Shown here one piece after another: positions 30,524 to 39,307 of a stretch of DNA of 64,000 nucleotides (its first letter is position 1; every line of letters begins with the position of its first letter). The position numbers and the translations under genes are program-made. This DNA comes from an uncultured Candidatus Saccharibacteria bacterium. Lineage in GTDB: Bacteria > Patescibacteriota > Minisyncoccia > Phycocordibacterales > UBA12088. The stretch is taken from contig CAYPKR010000001.1 in NCBI GenBank assembly GCA_964411375.1, positions 168,227 through 232,226 on the forward strand, written 5' to 3'. The notes below the pieces were generated by a model. The model was not told the origin of the DNA. It worked only from the letters and a program-made list of their open reading frames with translations, and searched no databases.

Positions 30524-31795
30524 ATGGGAGCATTTCTCCAGAAACTACGTCTTATTTTTAGCGATACAACGCTCCGCGCACGCGTGCTGTTTCTTATCGG
30601 CATGCTTGTTGTTTTCCGTCTTATGGCAGCGGTACCTATTCCAGGTATTGATCACGAAGCACTTCGCTCTCTTCTCTCAGGTAATCAATTCCTCGGTCTT
30701 TTGAATATTTTCTCTGGCGGTGGGCTCTCGAACCTTTCGATCGTAATGCTCGGTGTTGGTCCATATATTACTGCCTCGATCATCATGCAGCTTCTCACCA
30801 TCATGGTGCCGCGCCTCAAATCGCTCTATCAGGAAGAAGGAGAAGCAGGACGCGCACGTTTTGCGCAGTACACACGCCTCATCGCGCCACCACTCGCCCT
30901 CCTCCAAGGATTTGGCTACCTGGTACTCCTTTCTCGCCAAGGTGTCGTTCCCGGAATCGAAACACTTAGCTTCGCGGTCTCACTCATTGTCATCGCGGCA
31001 GCATCGATCCTTCTCATGTGGATTGGAGAACTCATCACTGAATTCGGTATCGGAAATGGAGTTTCTTTGATCATCTTTGCTGGAATCGTTGCCTCACTTC
31101 CAACAAACATCGGCCAAGCACTCTTCTCGTTTGATGTATCCCAGATCCCGGTCATCATCGGATTCATTGTTGCGGCAATTCTCGTGACTGCAGCAGTGGT
31201 TATCATCACCGAAGCAGAGCGTCCAATCCCAATCACGTATGCAAAAACAGTACGTGGTGCAAAGTCGTTTGGCGGATCCGCAACATACTTGCCGCTTCGC
31301 GTAAATCAGGCAGGAGTTATTCCAATCATCTTCGCATTGTCTTTGCTCCTTTTCCCACAGATGATTTTGAACGTATCACTTCAGTATTTGCACGGTGGTG
31401 CGCTAACATTTGCAACCAAAGCACTCGCACTGTTTGCAAACCAGTATTTCTACGGTGGTCTCTATTTCATTCTCGTCTTCTTCTTCACGTACTTCTACAC
31501 CGCAGTTACCTTTGATCCAGACACGATTGCACGTAACCTTCAGCAGTCAGGTGCATTCATTCCTGGCGTTCGCCCCGGCCAAACAACATCCGAATACATC
31601 GGCAACATTTTGACCCGCATCACACTCGTCGGCGCAATCTTCCTTGGTCTCATCGCCGTTCTTCCGATAGTTATGCAAAACATAACGGGCGTGAAATCGC
31701 TCGCAATCGGTGGTACCGCACTCTTGATCGCCGTATCGGTAATTTTGGATCTCGTCAGAAAGATAGATGCGCAAGTTTCAATGCGCGAATATTAG
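30524..31795 (+). CDS. secY: Preprotein translocase SecY
   Basis: LGVGPYITASII, GIGNGVSLIIF, AGVIPIIFA, FIPGVRPG. Confidence 0.99.
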   Translation: MGAFLQKLRLIFSDTTLRARVLFLIGMLVVFRLMAAVPIPGIDHEALRSLLSGNQFLGLLNIFSGGGLSNLSIVMLGVGPYITASIIMQLLTIMVPRLKSLYQEEGEAGRARFAQYTRLIAPPLALLQGFGYLVLLSRQGVVPGIETLSFAVSLIVIAAASILLMWIGELITEFGIGNGVSLIIFAGIVASLPTNIGQALFSFDVSQIPVIIGFIVAAILVTAAVVIITEAERPIPITYAKTVRGAKSFGGSATYLPLRVNQAGVIPIIFALSLLLFPQMILNVSLQYLHGGALTFATKALALFANQYFYGGLYFILVFFFTYFYTAVTFDPDTIARNLQQSGAFIPGVRPGQTTSEYIGNILTRITLVGAIFLGLIAVLPIVMQNITGVKSLAIGGTALLIAVSVILDLVRKIDAQVSMREY

Positions 31796-31914
31796 TTGCG
31801 TCTAAAATCTCCATCTGCTTTGTTGCAGACTCCAGTCCTCACGAGTCGTATTTTCATACGGCTCGTTTCGGTCTTCGTCTGCGCCTCGCATCTGAAAATT
31901 TTAGACGCAACTAA
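31792..31914. repeat. Palindromic MITE/RPE-like element, copy 2
   Basis: 17-bp perfect terminal IR TTAGTTGCGTCTAAAAT/ATTTTAGACGCAACTAA overlapping the secY TAG; core homologous to 7054-7174. Confidence 0.85.
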
Positions 31915-31929
31915 AAGTTAGTGCCAAAA

Positions 31930-32511
31930 TCACACTTCAACTCCATTTGCGCTACAGCGCTCACGGTATTTTGTAGCGATCTCCCCAATCGTTTCTTCGA
32001 GCGGTTTTGTGCCGGTATCAATCACAAGGTTGTAATTAGTAAGATCTCCCGGATCAATGTTGTAGAGCGTTCGGTAGCGTTTCTGTTCACTCTCAAAGCG
32101 AGTCATTAGACTTTCAAATGCTTGACTTCGGTTACTCACTTCTTCGCCGCTCGCTCTTCGTGCATCTGTTTGATCGCGTGCGATCCGGTCTGCCGCAATT
32201 TGTAAATCGAGATTCAGATAGACCTTAAACGAATCGGGAATCCAGTGGAATGCGAGACGTGAGTCGATAACAACCCGATCACGCTCTCGCATCTTCTTAT
32301 TTTCAGCATCGATCATTTCATCAATAGTCGGATCATTCTCGGCAATCGCACCAAGCTCTGCGAGCGAAATGTTCCGATCCGCTGCAATCTTTCGCATAAA
32401 ATCGCCTGATGAAAAGTGCGTATATCCGAGTGCTGAGGCGACACCTTTGGCTGTTGATGATTTTCCGCTCCCTGGTTTTCCTGCGATGGTAATAATCCTT
32501 GGTAGATTCAT
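31930..32511 (-). CDS. cmk: Cytidylate kinase (archaeal-type)
   Basis: ITIAGKPGSGKSS, SSGD.MR, VIDSRLA, RY..LYNID. Confidence 0.88.
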   Translation of the reverse strand: MNLPRIITIAGKPGSGKSSTAKGVASALGYTHFSSGDFMRKIAADRNISLAELGAIAENDPTIDEMIDAENKKMRERDRVVIDSRLAFHWIPDSFKVYLNLDLQIAADRIARDQTDARRASGEEVSNRSQAFESLMTRFESEQKRYRTLYNIDPGDLTNYNLVIDTGTKPLEETIGEIATKYRERCSANGVEV

Positions 32512-32582
32512 TTCACGATTAAAGCATGGAATGGCTTTTCGTTTTACTTGTGAAAGGTCCAATCTTTCAGTATGCTCAAGGT

Positions 32583-33170
32583 ATGCAAACACCGCGCACG
32601 GTGATATTTTTCGGCAAGCAAGGAAGCGGCAAGGGAACGCAAGCACTTCGCCTCGAGGAAGAACTCCGCAAAAGCGGAGCAGTTTTTCATTTTCAAACAG
32701 GACACGCGTTTCGTGAAATGGTTGAACAAAAAGGATACACCAACGAGCTTGTTGGAGAGACACTTCCGGGCGGACAAATCCAACCGCTTTTCATCGCGGT
32801 GTGGCTTTGGGCAGATGCGTTCGTCAAAAATTTGACTGGCAACGAACACCTCATCGCCGATGGATTCCCGCGTCGTGTCACCGAAGCGCAGATATTAAAT
32901 GCCGCTTTTGAATTTTACGGTCGTGAACAGGTTGATGTTATCAATCTCACCATTCCAAACGATATAGCGCTTGAACGTATGCTTGCTCGTCATCGCTCTG
33001 ATGATACGAAGGATGCAATTATGGAACGGCTCGAATGGCACGATCGTGAAGCAACGCCCGTCATTGAGTATTTCCGCGATATGCGGCGCTATGACGTCCA
33101 TGACATTGATGCGATAAAGTCTCCTGATGAGGTTTTTGCTGAAATCATTGCCGCACTTAAACTCTCCTAA
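32583..33170 (+). CDS. adk: Adenylate kinase (short lid)
   Basis: GKQGSGKGTQA, DGFPR, R.DD; position before map. Confidence 0.9.
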   Translation: MQTPRTVIFFGKQGSGKGTQALRLEEELRKSGAVFHFQTGHAFREMVEQKGYTNELVGETLPGGQIQPLFIAVWLWADAFVKNLTGNEHLIADGFPRRVTEAQILNAAFEFYGREQVDVINLTIPNDIALERMLARHRSDDTKDAIMERLEWHDREATPVIEYFRDMRRYDVHDIDAIKSPDEVFAEIIAALKLS

Positions 33171-33174
33171 TCAA

Positions 33175-33951
33175 ATGGCACAGATTGCCATCAAAACAAA
33201 AGAAGATATTGAAAAACTACGCGTTGGTGGACGAAAGCTTCGTCGCATTTTGAAAACACTTGGTGAGAAATGTGTTCCAGGAATGTCGACTGGCGAGCTT
33301 AATCGTCTCTGCGAAGAAATGATTCGCGAAGACAACGATGTTCCCGCGTTTCTTAATTATCGTCCTCGGAGTGCAGCCAAACCATTTCCTGCATCTCTGT
33401 GTGTCTGTATCAACGACGAAGTGGTCCACGGCATTCCGGACGATGATCGAATTCTCGAAGAAGGTGACATTATCTCGGTTGATGCAGGACTCATTCACAA
33501 AGGATTGGTCGTCGACTCATCGCTCACGGTCAGTGTCGGCAAACTCGATAAGAATGGAAAGAAACTTATCAGTGTCGCGGAGAGCGCACTCCTCGAAGGC
33601 ATCGCCGCAGCACAAGCGGGGAATAGAGTGGGCGATATTTCGCACGCAGTATATTCATATGTAACCAAAGCGGGATTCTCAATCGTGGAAGAGCTTGGCG
33701 GACACGGCGTTGGCTATCAGGTGCACGAAGCGCCGGACATTCCGAATGTCGGCAAAAAAGGCACGGGCGCAATGCTTGAACCAGGAATGGTCATTGCGAT
33801 CGAACCAATTATTGTTGAAAAAAATCCGAGCATCTTTTTGTCGGACGACGGCTATACTATTTTTACGGAAGATGGCGGACGTGCGGCGATCGCAGAGCAC
33901 ACAGTGCTTATTACTGAAGGAGAGGCAGAGATACTAACCGCAGACGAGTAA
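33175..33951 (+). CDS. map: Methionine aminopeptidase type I
   Basis: NDEVVHGIP, GHGVG..VHE, IAIEP, EHTV. Confidence 0.97.
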   Translation: MAQIAIKTKEDIEKLRVGGRKLRRILKTLGEKCVPGMSTGELNRLCEEMIREDNDVPAFLNYRPRSAAKPFPASLCVCINDEVVHGIPDDDRILEEGDIISVDAGLIHKGLVVDSSLTVSVGKLDKNGKKLISVAESALLEGIAAAQAGNRVGDISHAVYSYVTKAGFSIVEELGGHGVGYQVHEAPDIPNVGKKGTGAMLEPGMVIAIEPIIVEKNPSIFLSDDGYTIFTEDGGRAAIAEHTVLITEGEAEILTADE

Positions 33952-33964
33952 CACAAAAGGATTC

Positions 33965-33992
33965 GCCGCCGCCCGCAGAAGCGGGCGGCGGC
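33965..33992. terminator. GC hairpin terminator after map
   Basis: 12-bp perfect stem with an AGAA loop. Confidence 0.7.
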
Positions 33993-34050
33993 TTTCGTTC
34001 ACGTCGAGAACCTGTCCATCACCGCGCGACTGCGCTACGGTTTCAACGGC

Positions 34051-34149
34051 TTACTTCGTCGGTCGTGGTTCCGGCACGTCCCAAGGGCACAGGCAGTCCC
34101 GCCAAATGAATGGTTGACCTGGGCTGATGCCTGGTTTGCCGTCTTTCAT
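34051..34149 (-). CDS. Micro-ORF, 32 aa (MKDGKPGISPGQPFIWRDCLCPWDVPEPRPTK)
   Basis: AGGAAGGTGA SD 5 nt before ATG; not in the ORF track. Confidence 0.45.
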   Translation of the reverse strand: MKDGKPGISPGQPFIWRDCLCPWDVPEPRPTK

Positions 34150-34211
34150 AGCAATCACCTTCCTGATGGATTGATGTGTGAAAGGCGTCGTACATCGCTC
34201 ATTGGCAAGAG

Positions 34212-34268
34212 CTAGATGACGCCCTCGATCGGGAGACCCCAGTGAGGTCCTGGTGCAGGTTTACACAA
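34212..34268 (-). CDS. Micro-ORF, 18 aa (MCKPAPGPHWGLPIEGVI), TTG start
   Basis: AAGGGGGTGA SD; TTTACA-17-TAGTGT promoter upstream. Confidence 0.3.
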   Translation of the reverse strand: MCKPAPGPHWGLPIEGVI

Positions 34269-34372
34269 TGAAATCACCCCCTTTCCACTTTCCAAACACT
34301 AGCATTCCCCACTCACATTGTAAAAAGCGTCCCTCTATGGCAGAATTGCCGAACTAGCATCTAATATTTGAT

Positions 34373-34981
34373 ATGGAACAACACTTCAGCAAAGAGCGCA
34401 CTCTCGTCATCATTAAGCCTGATGGCGTTCAGCGCACCTTGGTTGGCGAAATTATTGGTCGCCTTGAGCGCGTTGGTTTGAAGCTTGTCGGTATGAAGCT
34501 CATGGTTCCGCCAGCGGATAAAACTGAACAGCATTATCTCCTCGATCCGAAATGGCTTCAAAATGTCGGCGAGAAAGCGATTGCCGCATACGAAAAGAAG
34601 GGGATCACTCCTCCCACAACGGATCCAAAGGAAGCGGGTCAAAAAGTTTTGAATGGCCTCAAAACCTATTTCACTGCAGGTCCTGCAGTCTTCATGGTGT
34701 GGCAGGGTGCGCATGCAGTTCCCGTTGTCCGAAAGATAGTTGGTTCGACCGAACCATTGTCATCTGACGTTGGAACGATCCGCGGCGACTTCGTTCTCGA
34801 TTCATACCAAATGGCAGACACCGACAATCGCGCCGTGCGCAATCTCATTCATGCATCTGGATCAGTAGATGAAGCAAATATGGAAATTCCTCATTGGTTT
34901 CAAGCAAACGAACTCACTGACTACAAGCTCGTGCAAGAATCGATTCTCTACGATGTAAACATGGACGGCATCCTCGAATAA
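34373..34981 (+). CDS. ndk: Nucleoside diphosphate kinase
   Basis: ERTLVIIKPDGVQR, GTIRGDF, NLIHAS. Confidence 0.97.
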   Translation: MEQHFSKERTLVIIKPDGVQRTLVGEIIGRLERVGLKLVGMKLMVPPADKTEQHYLLDPKWLQNVGEKAIAAYEKKGITPPTTDPKEAGQKVLNGLKTYFTAGPAVFMVWQGAHAVPVVRKIVGSTEPLSSDVGTIRGDFVLDSYQMADTDNRAVRNLIHASGSVDEANMEIPHWFQANELTDYKLVQESILYDVNMDGILE

Positions 34982-35062
34982 TCTGTCCCAATCTGCTATA
35001 GTCGCTTGCAGAAGGCCTGTCACGATCACGAGACAGGTCGTTTGTATCTGGAGGATAGCATC

Positions 35063-36071
35063 ATGGATCTCATGAATGGGGCGGGTGGGTTCAATAAAAA
35101 CTCGCTCAACACCATCAAGCTTCTTGGCAACAGCGCAGTCACCACTATTTACCATGGGTTCATATGTTCCAGAACCCCGTTTCGGGAACAAGAAGTCAAG
35201 AAATCATCGAGGCGATCTTTTCTATGTTGATCCCGAGACAGGGGAAGCCATCAATGCGATGAATCTTCCTGACTCGTGGGGCATCGAGGGACTTCGCGCG
35301 CATTTGCCAGAAATGGTCAAGCTCGCTCACTCGCTCGGTAAAAAACTTCGCATTAGTTTTGCCGGATTCGAAGCGGGAGATTTTGCCCGATTCACGGAGA
35401 TGATCTACTCGCTCAAGCCGGAACATCGTCCGGATGAGATCGAGCTTAATTTCGGATGTCCCAATGCGGCGGGGCACGGAATCATTTCCTACAATTTCTC
35501 GCTATTTCGAGATTGTACAAAAGCATCACTGTCTACAATGCCTCGATTTCGTGTGATACCGACCGACATCAAGGTTTCACCAATCATGGCTGCGCCAGTC
35601 TTGGTTAGCGAAAAAACCGGACTCTATGAAGAGATCGCTTCTCTACTTTCTCCACCCTTCCAGGGAAGACGACGCATTCGAGCAATCGTCACTACCAATA
35701 CTCTCCCGGGTCAGCGAAGGGTTGACGCCGACGGACATTCGCGGATTGCCGCTATTGTGCAGGACGGACCCCTGAGAAATACGCTTGTTGAAACAGGAGG
35801 TATGAGTGGGGGAGATCGAATGCTCCTGATTCTCTGCCAAGAAGCGGAGAATTGGAACAAACATCTGCATCCCGAGATTGGTCTCTTTGTGGTCGGAGGA
35901 ATCAGACGCAGAGAACATGTACGGGATGCCGTGAATGCGGGCGGCGGTCCAAGGCGTGTGCTCGGTGTTCAAGTCCTTACGGCGATTTTTGTTGCGCCGC
36001 ACGATGCAGGTAAACGCATATTGGAAGAAGTGGGACAGGGGATTGCAATGTGGTTCCCTGATGAGGAATGA
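35063..36071 (+). pseudogene. pyrD: Divergent family-1 dihydroorotate dehydrogenase with a 1-nt frameshift near 35148-35150
   Basis: GGAGG-led MDLMNGAG N-terminus is in one frame; TMGS..EPR.GN, INAM, ELNFGCPN, IKVSP, TTNT, GGMSG, VGGI and VQV are in the next frame. Confidence 0.75.
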
Positions 36072-36193
36072 ATGACTTTGTGGAGCGCTGCCGGTGTACC
36101 GGTGGCGCTCAATTCTTTTTTCGGGTAGAGTGCACCGCAGACCGCAATCACGCGGACTGTGTTCAAAACTGTTGAAGAAAGGGAATACGTGTC

Positions 36194-37333
36194 ATGTTGA
36201 TCTCTCTCAAGAATGTCTTCAAACCCCACATTCATACTCGGTGGGAGTGGGCGTTGTTTTCACACATCATCGGCAAAACCGCTCCGAGGTGTTCGCATTT
36301 CATTGCGCAACCTAATCCGCTTGGTCATCTCATCACGGATATGGATCGCACAGAAGAATATCAAGAAATGCACGATCGTGTACTTGAGCTTCGCGGAATT
36401 ACCGATTGTAATGCACTGATGTCGTTCTATTTAACTGAGGAAACTCCGCCCCTTGTAATAGAGGAAGTCTTTGAGGCAGGTGCTGCGGTAGAGATTAAGG
36501 TCTATCCTCGCGGAAGCAAGGGCGGTGGAACGACTGGTGCACATGCTGGGGTTCGCAATGTTCGCCTCATCAGGGAACAACTTGGCTGTGCCGAAGCTAT
36601 CGGGATGCCCATCAAATTTCATGGAACTCGCGTTGAAAGAGATAATGGCGACCCACTCGACCCATTCGATGAGGAAGAGCAGTTTTTTATGCTCAATGAT
36701 TTCCCCTGGGTCAGGAGAAATTTTCCTCGCCTGAAAATTGTCCTTGCACACGTGTCGACTAAGGAGGGTGTCGAAGCCATCCAAGGTGACGAGAGCGGTC
36801 TCACATGGGGCGAATTTGCACCCCAACACATCCTGGCCAATCGACTGCATATGTGTCGTCCGGAAGATGGTGTGAACACCACCTACACGTATCGGCCGCT
36901 TCCTCAGACGCAGGCAAATATGTGGGCATGTCTCGACTTCGCCACATCTGGCGACCCGCGTGCGATGATCGGCAGCGACTGCGCCGCTCACTATGTCGAA
37001 ATTGGGAAGAGTCAGCCATTTCGTGCCGCTTGCGGGATGTATATGGGTGGCAACGAACTTCTCTGGTACGCGACTGCACATTCGGTCGCAGATCGAAAGT
37101 GGGGCGGCAACAGGATGGACAATCTCCAACCATTTGTCTCTCGTCCGTATGGTATTTACACCGTTGCAGGCGACGAGATCCCCAAGAATGGGAAAACAAT
37201 CGATCTTGCTGAGGAAGAGTGGACAGTCGATAGCCTAGAAGAGGTTCCTGATACAGGGAAACATCTCTGTGCGTTCGGCTACCATCCAGATCCACAATTT
37301 CGCATTCCTTGTGAATTTACATTTGCTACATGA
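36194..37333 (+). CDS. pyrC: Dihydroorotase (E. coli-like homodimeric type), divergent
   Basis: PHIH.R, QPN, FYL, KVYP..TT, FHG, AHVST, PQH, GSDCAAH. Confidence 0.85.
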   Translation: MLISLKNVFKPHIHTRWEWALFSHIIGKTAPRCSHFIAQPNPLGHLITDMDRTEEYQEMHDRVLELRGITDCNALMSFYLTEETPPLVIEEVFEAGAAVEIKVYPRGSKGGGTTGAHAGVRNVRLIREQLGCAEAIGMPIKFHGTRVERDNGDPLDPFDEEEQFFMLNDFPWVRRNFPRLKIVLAHVSTKEGVEAIQGDESGLTWGEFAPQHILANRLHMCRPEDGVNTTYTYRPLPQTQANMWACLDFATSGDPRAMIGSDCAAHYVEIGKSQPFRAACGMYMGGNELLWYATAHSVADRKWGGNRMDNLQPFVSRPYGIYTVAGDEIPKNGKTIDLAEEEWTVDSLEEVPDTGKHLCAFGYHPDPQFRIPCEFTFAT

Positions 37334-37414
37334 ATTTTTCGCCGCGTTCGCACACCTTGTACGAACGCGGCTCAATTTTTTGATATTCAAAAAATCAGAG
37401 TATACTGAGAAATA

Positions 37415-37558
37415 GGTTACCTAGCTATTTGTCCTTCGTAACTATTTTGCAAGGGAGTTCCATATAATTTAGCCGGTAATGAGAATTCATTTTTTCAGCA
37501 CTGCCTAATTGCGAACACCCACTTGGTACATACCAAGGGCAAATAGCACTGGGTAGCC
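37415..37558 (+). ncRNA. ssrS: Probable 6S RNA
   Basis: TATACT at 37401; terminal pairing GGTTACCTAG/CTGGGTAGCC and GCTATTTGTCCTT/AAGGGCAAATAGC; central bubble; GGGAG...CACCCAC; terminator follows. Confidence 0.65.
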
Positions 37559-37597
37559 GACAAAAAATTCGCCTATGAGGGCGAATTTTTTGTCGGC
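37556..37597 (+). terminator. Terminator after the 6S-like RNA
   Basis: IR GCCGACAAAAAATTCGCC/GGCGAATTTTTTGTCGGC. Confidence 0.75.
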
Positions 37598-37632
37598 TGT
37601 CCCTCTCTAACTCTTTCAGCTATAATCCCTGC

Positions 37633-38052
37633 ATGCCGCGACACATTCTCTCATTGATACTTCTGGCGTTTGTCGCGTCCCTTATTGCGAGTGCACACAT
37701 CGCTGCGATCACGCACTACTGGTATTGGTCATATCCCTTGATCGATGTACCGATGCATTTTTCGGGCGGATTTTTTATCGGTGGATTTATACTCGTACTC
37801 CTAACCACCTTTGACCGAAGTGATCGCTATTTGCATCGCTCGATCCGGAACGCACTTCTTGCTGCGCTTGCTGTTGGATTCGGATGGGAAGTTTTTGAAA
37901 CGATCACGGGACTCTCAACGGGGGGACCAGCATGGTATTACTGGTATGACTCAATCAAAGACCTAATTATGGATATGCTCGGCGGCGTGACCGCAGGATT
38001 CTTATTTGGAAAATTACTACGAGCGAGCGATTACTCAAAGAAGATGTCATAA
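37633..38052 (+). CDS. Hypothetical membrane protein (D..MH, WE.FE, D...D motifs)
   Basis: 4 TM segments; TATAAT 6 nt before ATG. Confidence 0.8.
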   Translation: MPRHILSLILLAFVASLIASAHIAAITHYWYWSYPLIDVPMHFSGGFFIGGFILVLLTTFDRSDRYLHRSIRNALLAALAVGFGWEVFETITGLSTGGPAWYYWYDSIKDLIMDMLGGVTAGFLFGKLLRASDYSKKMS

Positions 38053-38086
38053 CAAAAAATCGCCGGCATCTGCCGGCGATTTTTTG

Positions 38087-38431
38087 TTATGCAACTTGTT
38101 TTACGATTCGAGCAAATGTTTCTGGATGTTTTGCGGCGATTTCTGAAAGTACCTTTCGGTCGAGGAGGACATTTTTCTTTTTGAGAGCACCGATGAATTT
38201 GCTGTAGGTCGTACCGTTTTCGCGAAGTGCTGCGTTTAGGCGAACATTCCAAAGTTTGCGGAAATCATTCTTCTTGTCGCGGCGGTGTGCGAATGCGTGC
38301 GTTCCTGCATGTGCAATCGCTGTTTTTGCAAGACGCTTCTTTGTGGAAAGTCCACCACGGAAACCTTTCGTCTTCGAAAGAATATTGCGGCGGCGCTTCA
38401 AGCGTATTGTTCCTTTTTTTACTCGAGTCAT
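38087..38431 (-). CDS. rplT: 50S ribosomal protein bL20
   Basis: MTRVK.G, KK.DFRKLW..RLNAA, DRKVLSEIA. Confidence 0.98.
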   Translation of the reverse strand: MTRVKKGTIRLKRRRNILSKTKGFRGGLSTKKRLAKTAIAHAGTHAFAHRRDKKNDFRKLWNVRLNAALRENGTTYSKFIGALKKKNVLLDRKVLSEIAAKHPETFARIVKQVA

Positions 38432-38447
38432 AGTGCTTTCTTACGGA

Positions 38448-38636
38448 TTATTTAGAGCGGGGAAGGAACTGGCGGCGGTCTCGTGCGTTCATAGAAATCG
38501 AATGGGCACGTCCCTTTGAGCGCTTAGAAGAGCCAGATTCTTTGGCATTGAAATGGTTAATACCGACTCCTCGGGAGACGATTTTACCGTTCTTGGTCAC
38601 CCGAAGGCGCTTGGTGAAGGATTTGTTGGTTTTCAT
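38448..38636 (-). CDS. rpmI: 50S ribosomal protein bL35
   Basis: MKTNKS..KRLRVT.NGK; infC-rpmI-rplT synteny. Confidence 0.92.
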   Translation of the reverse strand: MKTNKSFTKRLRVTKNGKIVSRGVGINHFNAKESGSSKRSKGRAHSISMNARDRRQFLPRSK

Positions 38637-38707
38637 AGGTTTAAAAAAAGACGCCCTGAGGCAAGAGCTACTATACGGAAAAGCCCCCGTTTTGTCCACT
38701 TTTTCGG

Positions 38708-39226
38708 CTATTTCCCTGGACGAGCCTTTTCAACCGTAACTGAGAGTCCCTTTGGGCTCTTTTTGACCTCGTCCGCTACCTTATATTCAACAGAAATAAG
38801 CTTGAGGAAGCGCTCTAAGCGCTCCTTGAGGAACTCAAACTCCATATATTTGTATCTACCCCAGAGGAAGAGGTCGACTTTGACGCGATGACCTTGTCCC
38901 AACCATTCGCTTGCTCGCTTTGCCTTGAGATTGAGGTCATTCTCACCGGTACCGATTTTGACCTGTACACTCTTCGTTTCGGTTACATGCGCCTTAGCCT
39001 TTTGTTCCTTTTGCTTCTTACTTTCCTGATATTGGTACTTTCCGTAATCCATTATCTTCGCAACGGGGGGGACTGCATTTGGAGAAATCTCAATAAGGTC
39101 GAGTTCCGCAGCCTTTGCATGCTGAAGAGCTTCCTCGAGCGTGATTATGCCGAAGTTTTCTCCAGACGCGCCGATGACGCGAAGTTCGCGTGCGCGTATA
39201 TTCTTGTTGATACGAACGTCACTCAA
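38708..39226 (-). CDS. infC: Translation initiation factor IF-3 (TTG start)
   Basis: RIN..IRA, LDLIEISP...PPVAKIMDYGKY. Confidence 0.97.
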   Translation of the reverse strand: MSDVRINKNIRARELRVIGASGENFGIITLEEALQHAKAAELDLIEISPNAVPPVAKIMDYGKYQYQESKKQKEQKAKAHVTETKSVQVKIGTGENDLNLKAKRASEWLGQGHRVKVDLFLWGRYKYMEFEFLKERLERFLKLISVEYKVADEVKKSPKGLSVTVEKARPGK

Positions 39227-39307
39227 TGTAGTCCTCCGAATGTATCACGAAAAAAGACGAAATACCAGAGCTAGAGAGGGCTTCATATTTGTGATAGAGT
39301 GCAATTC

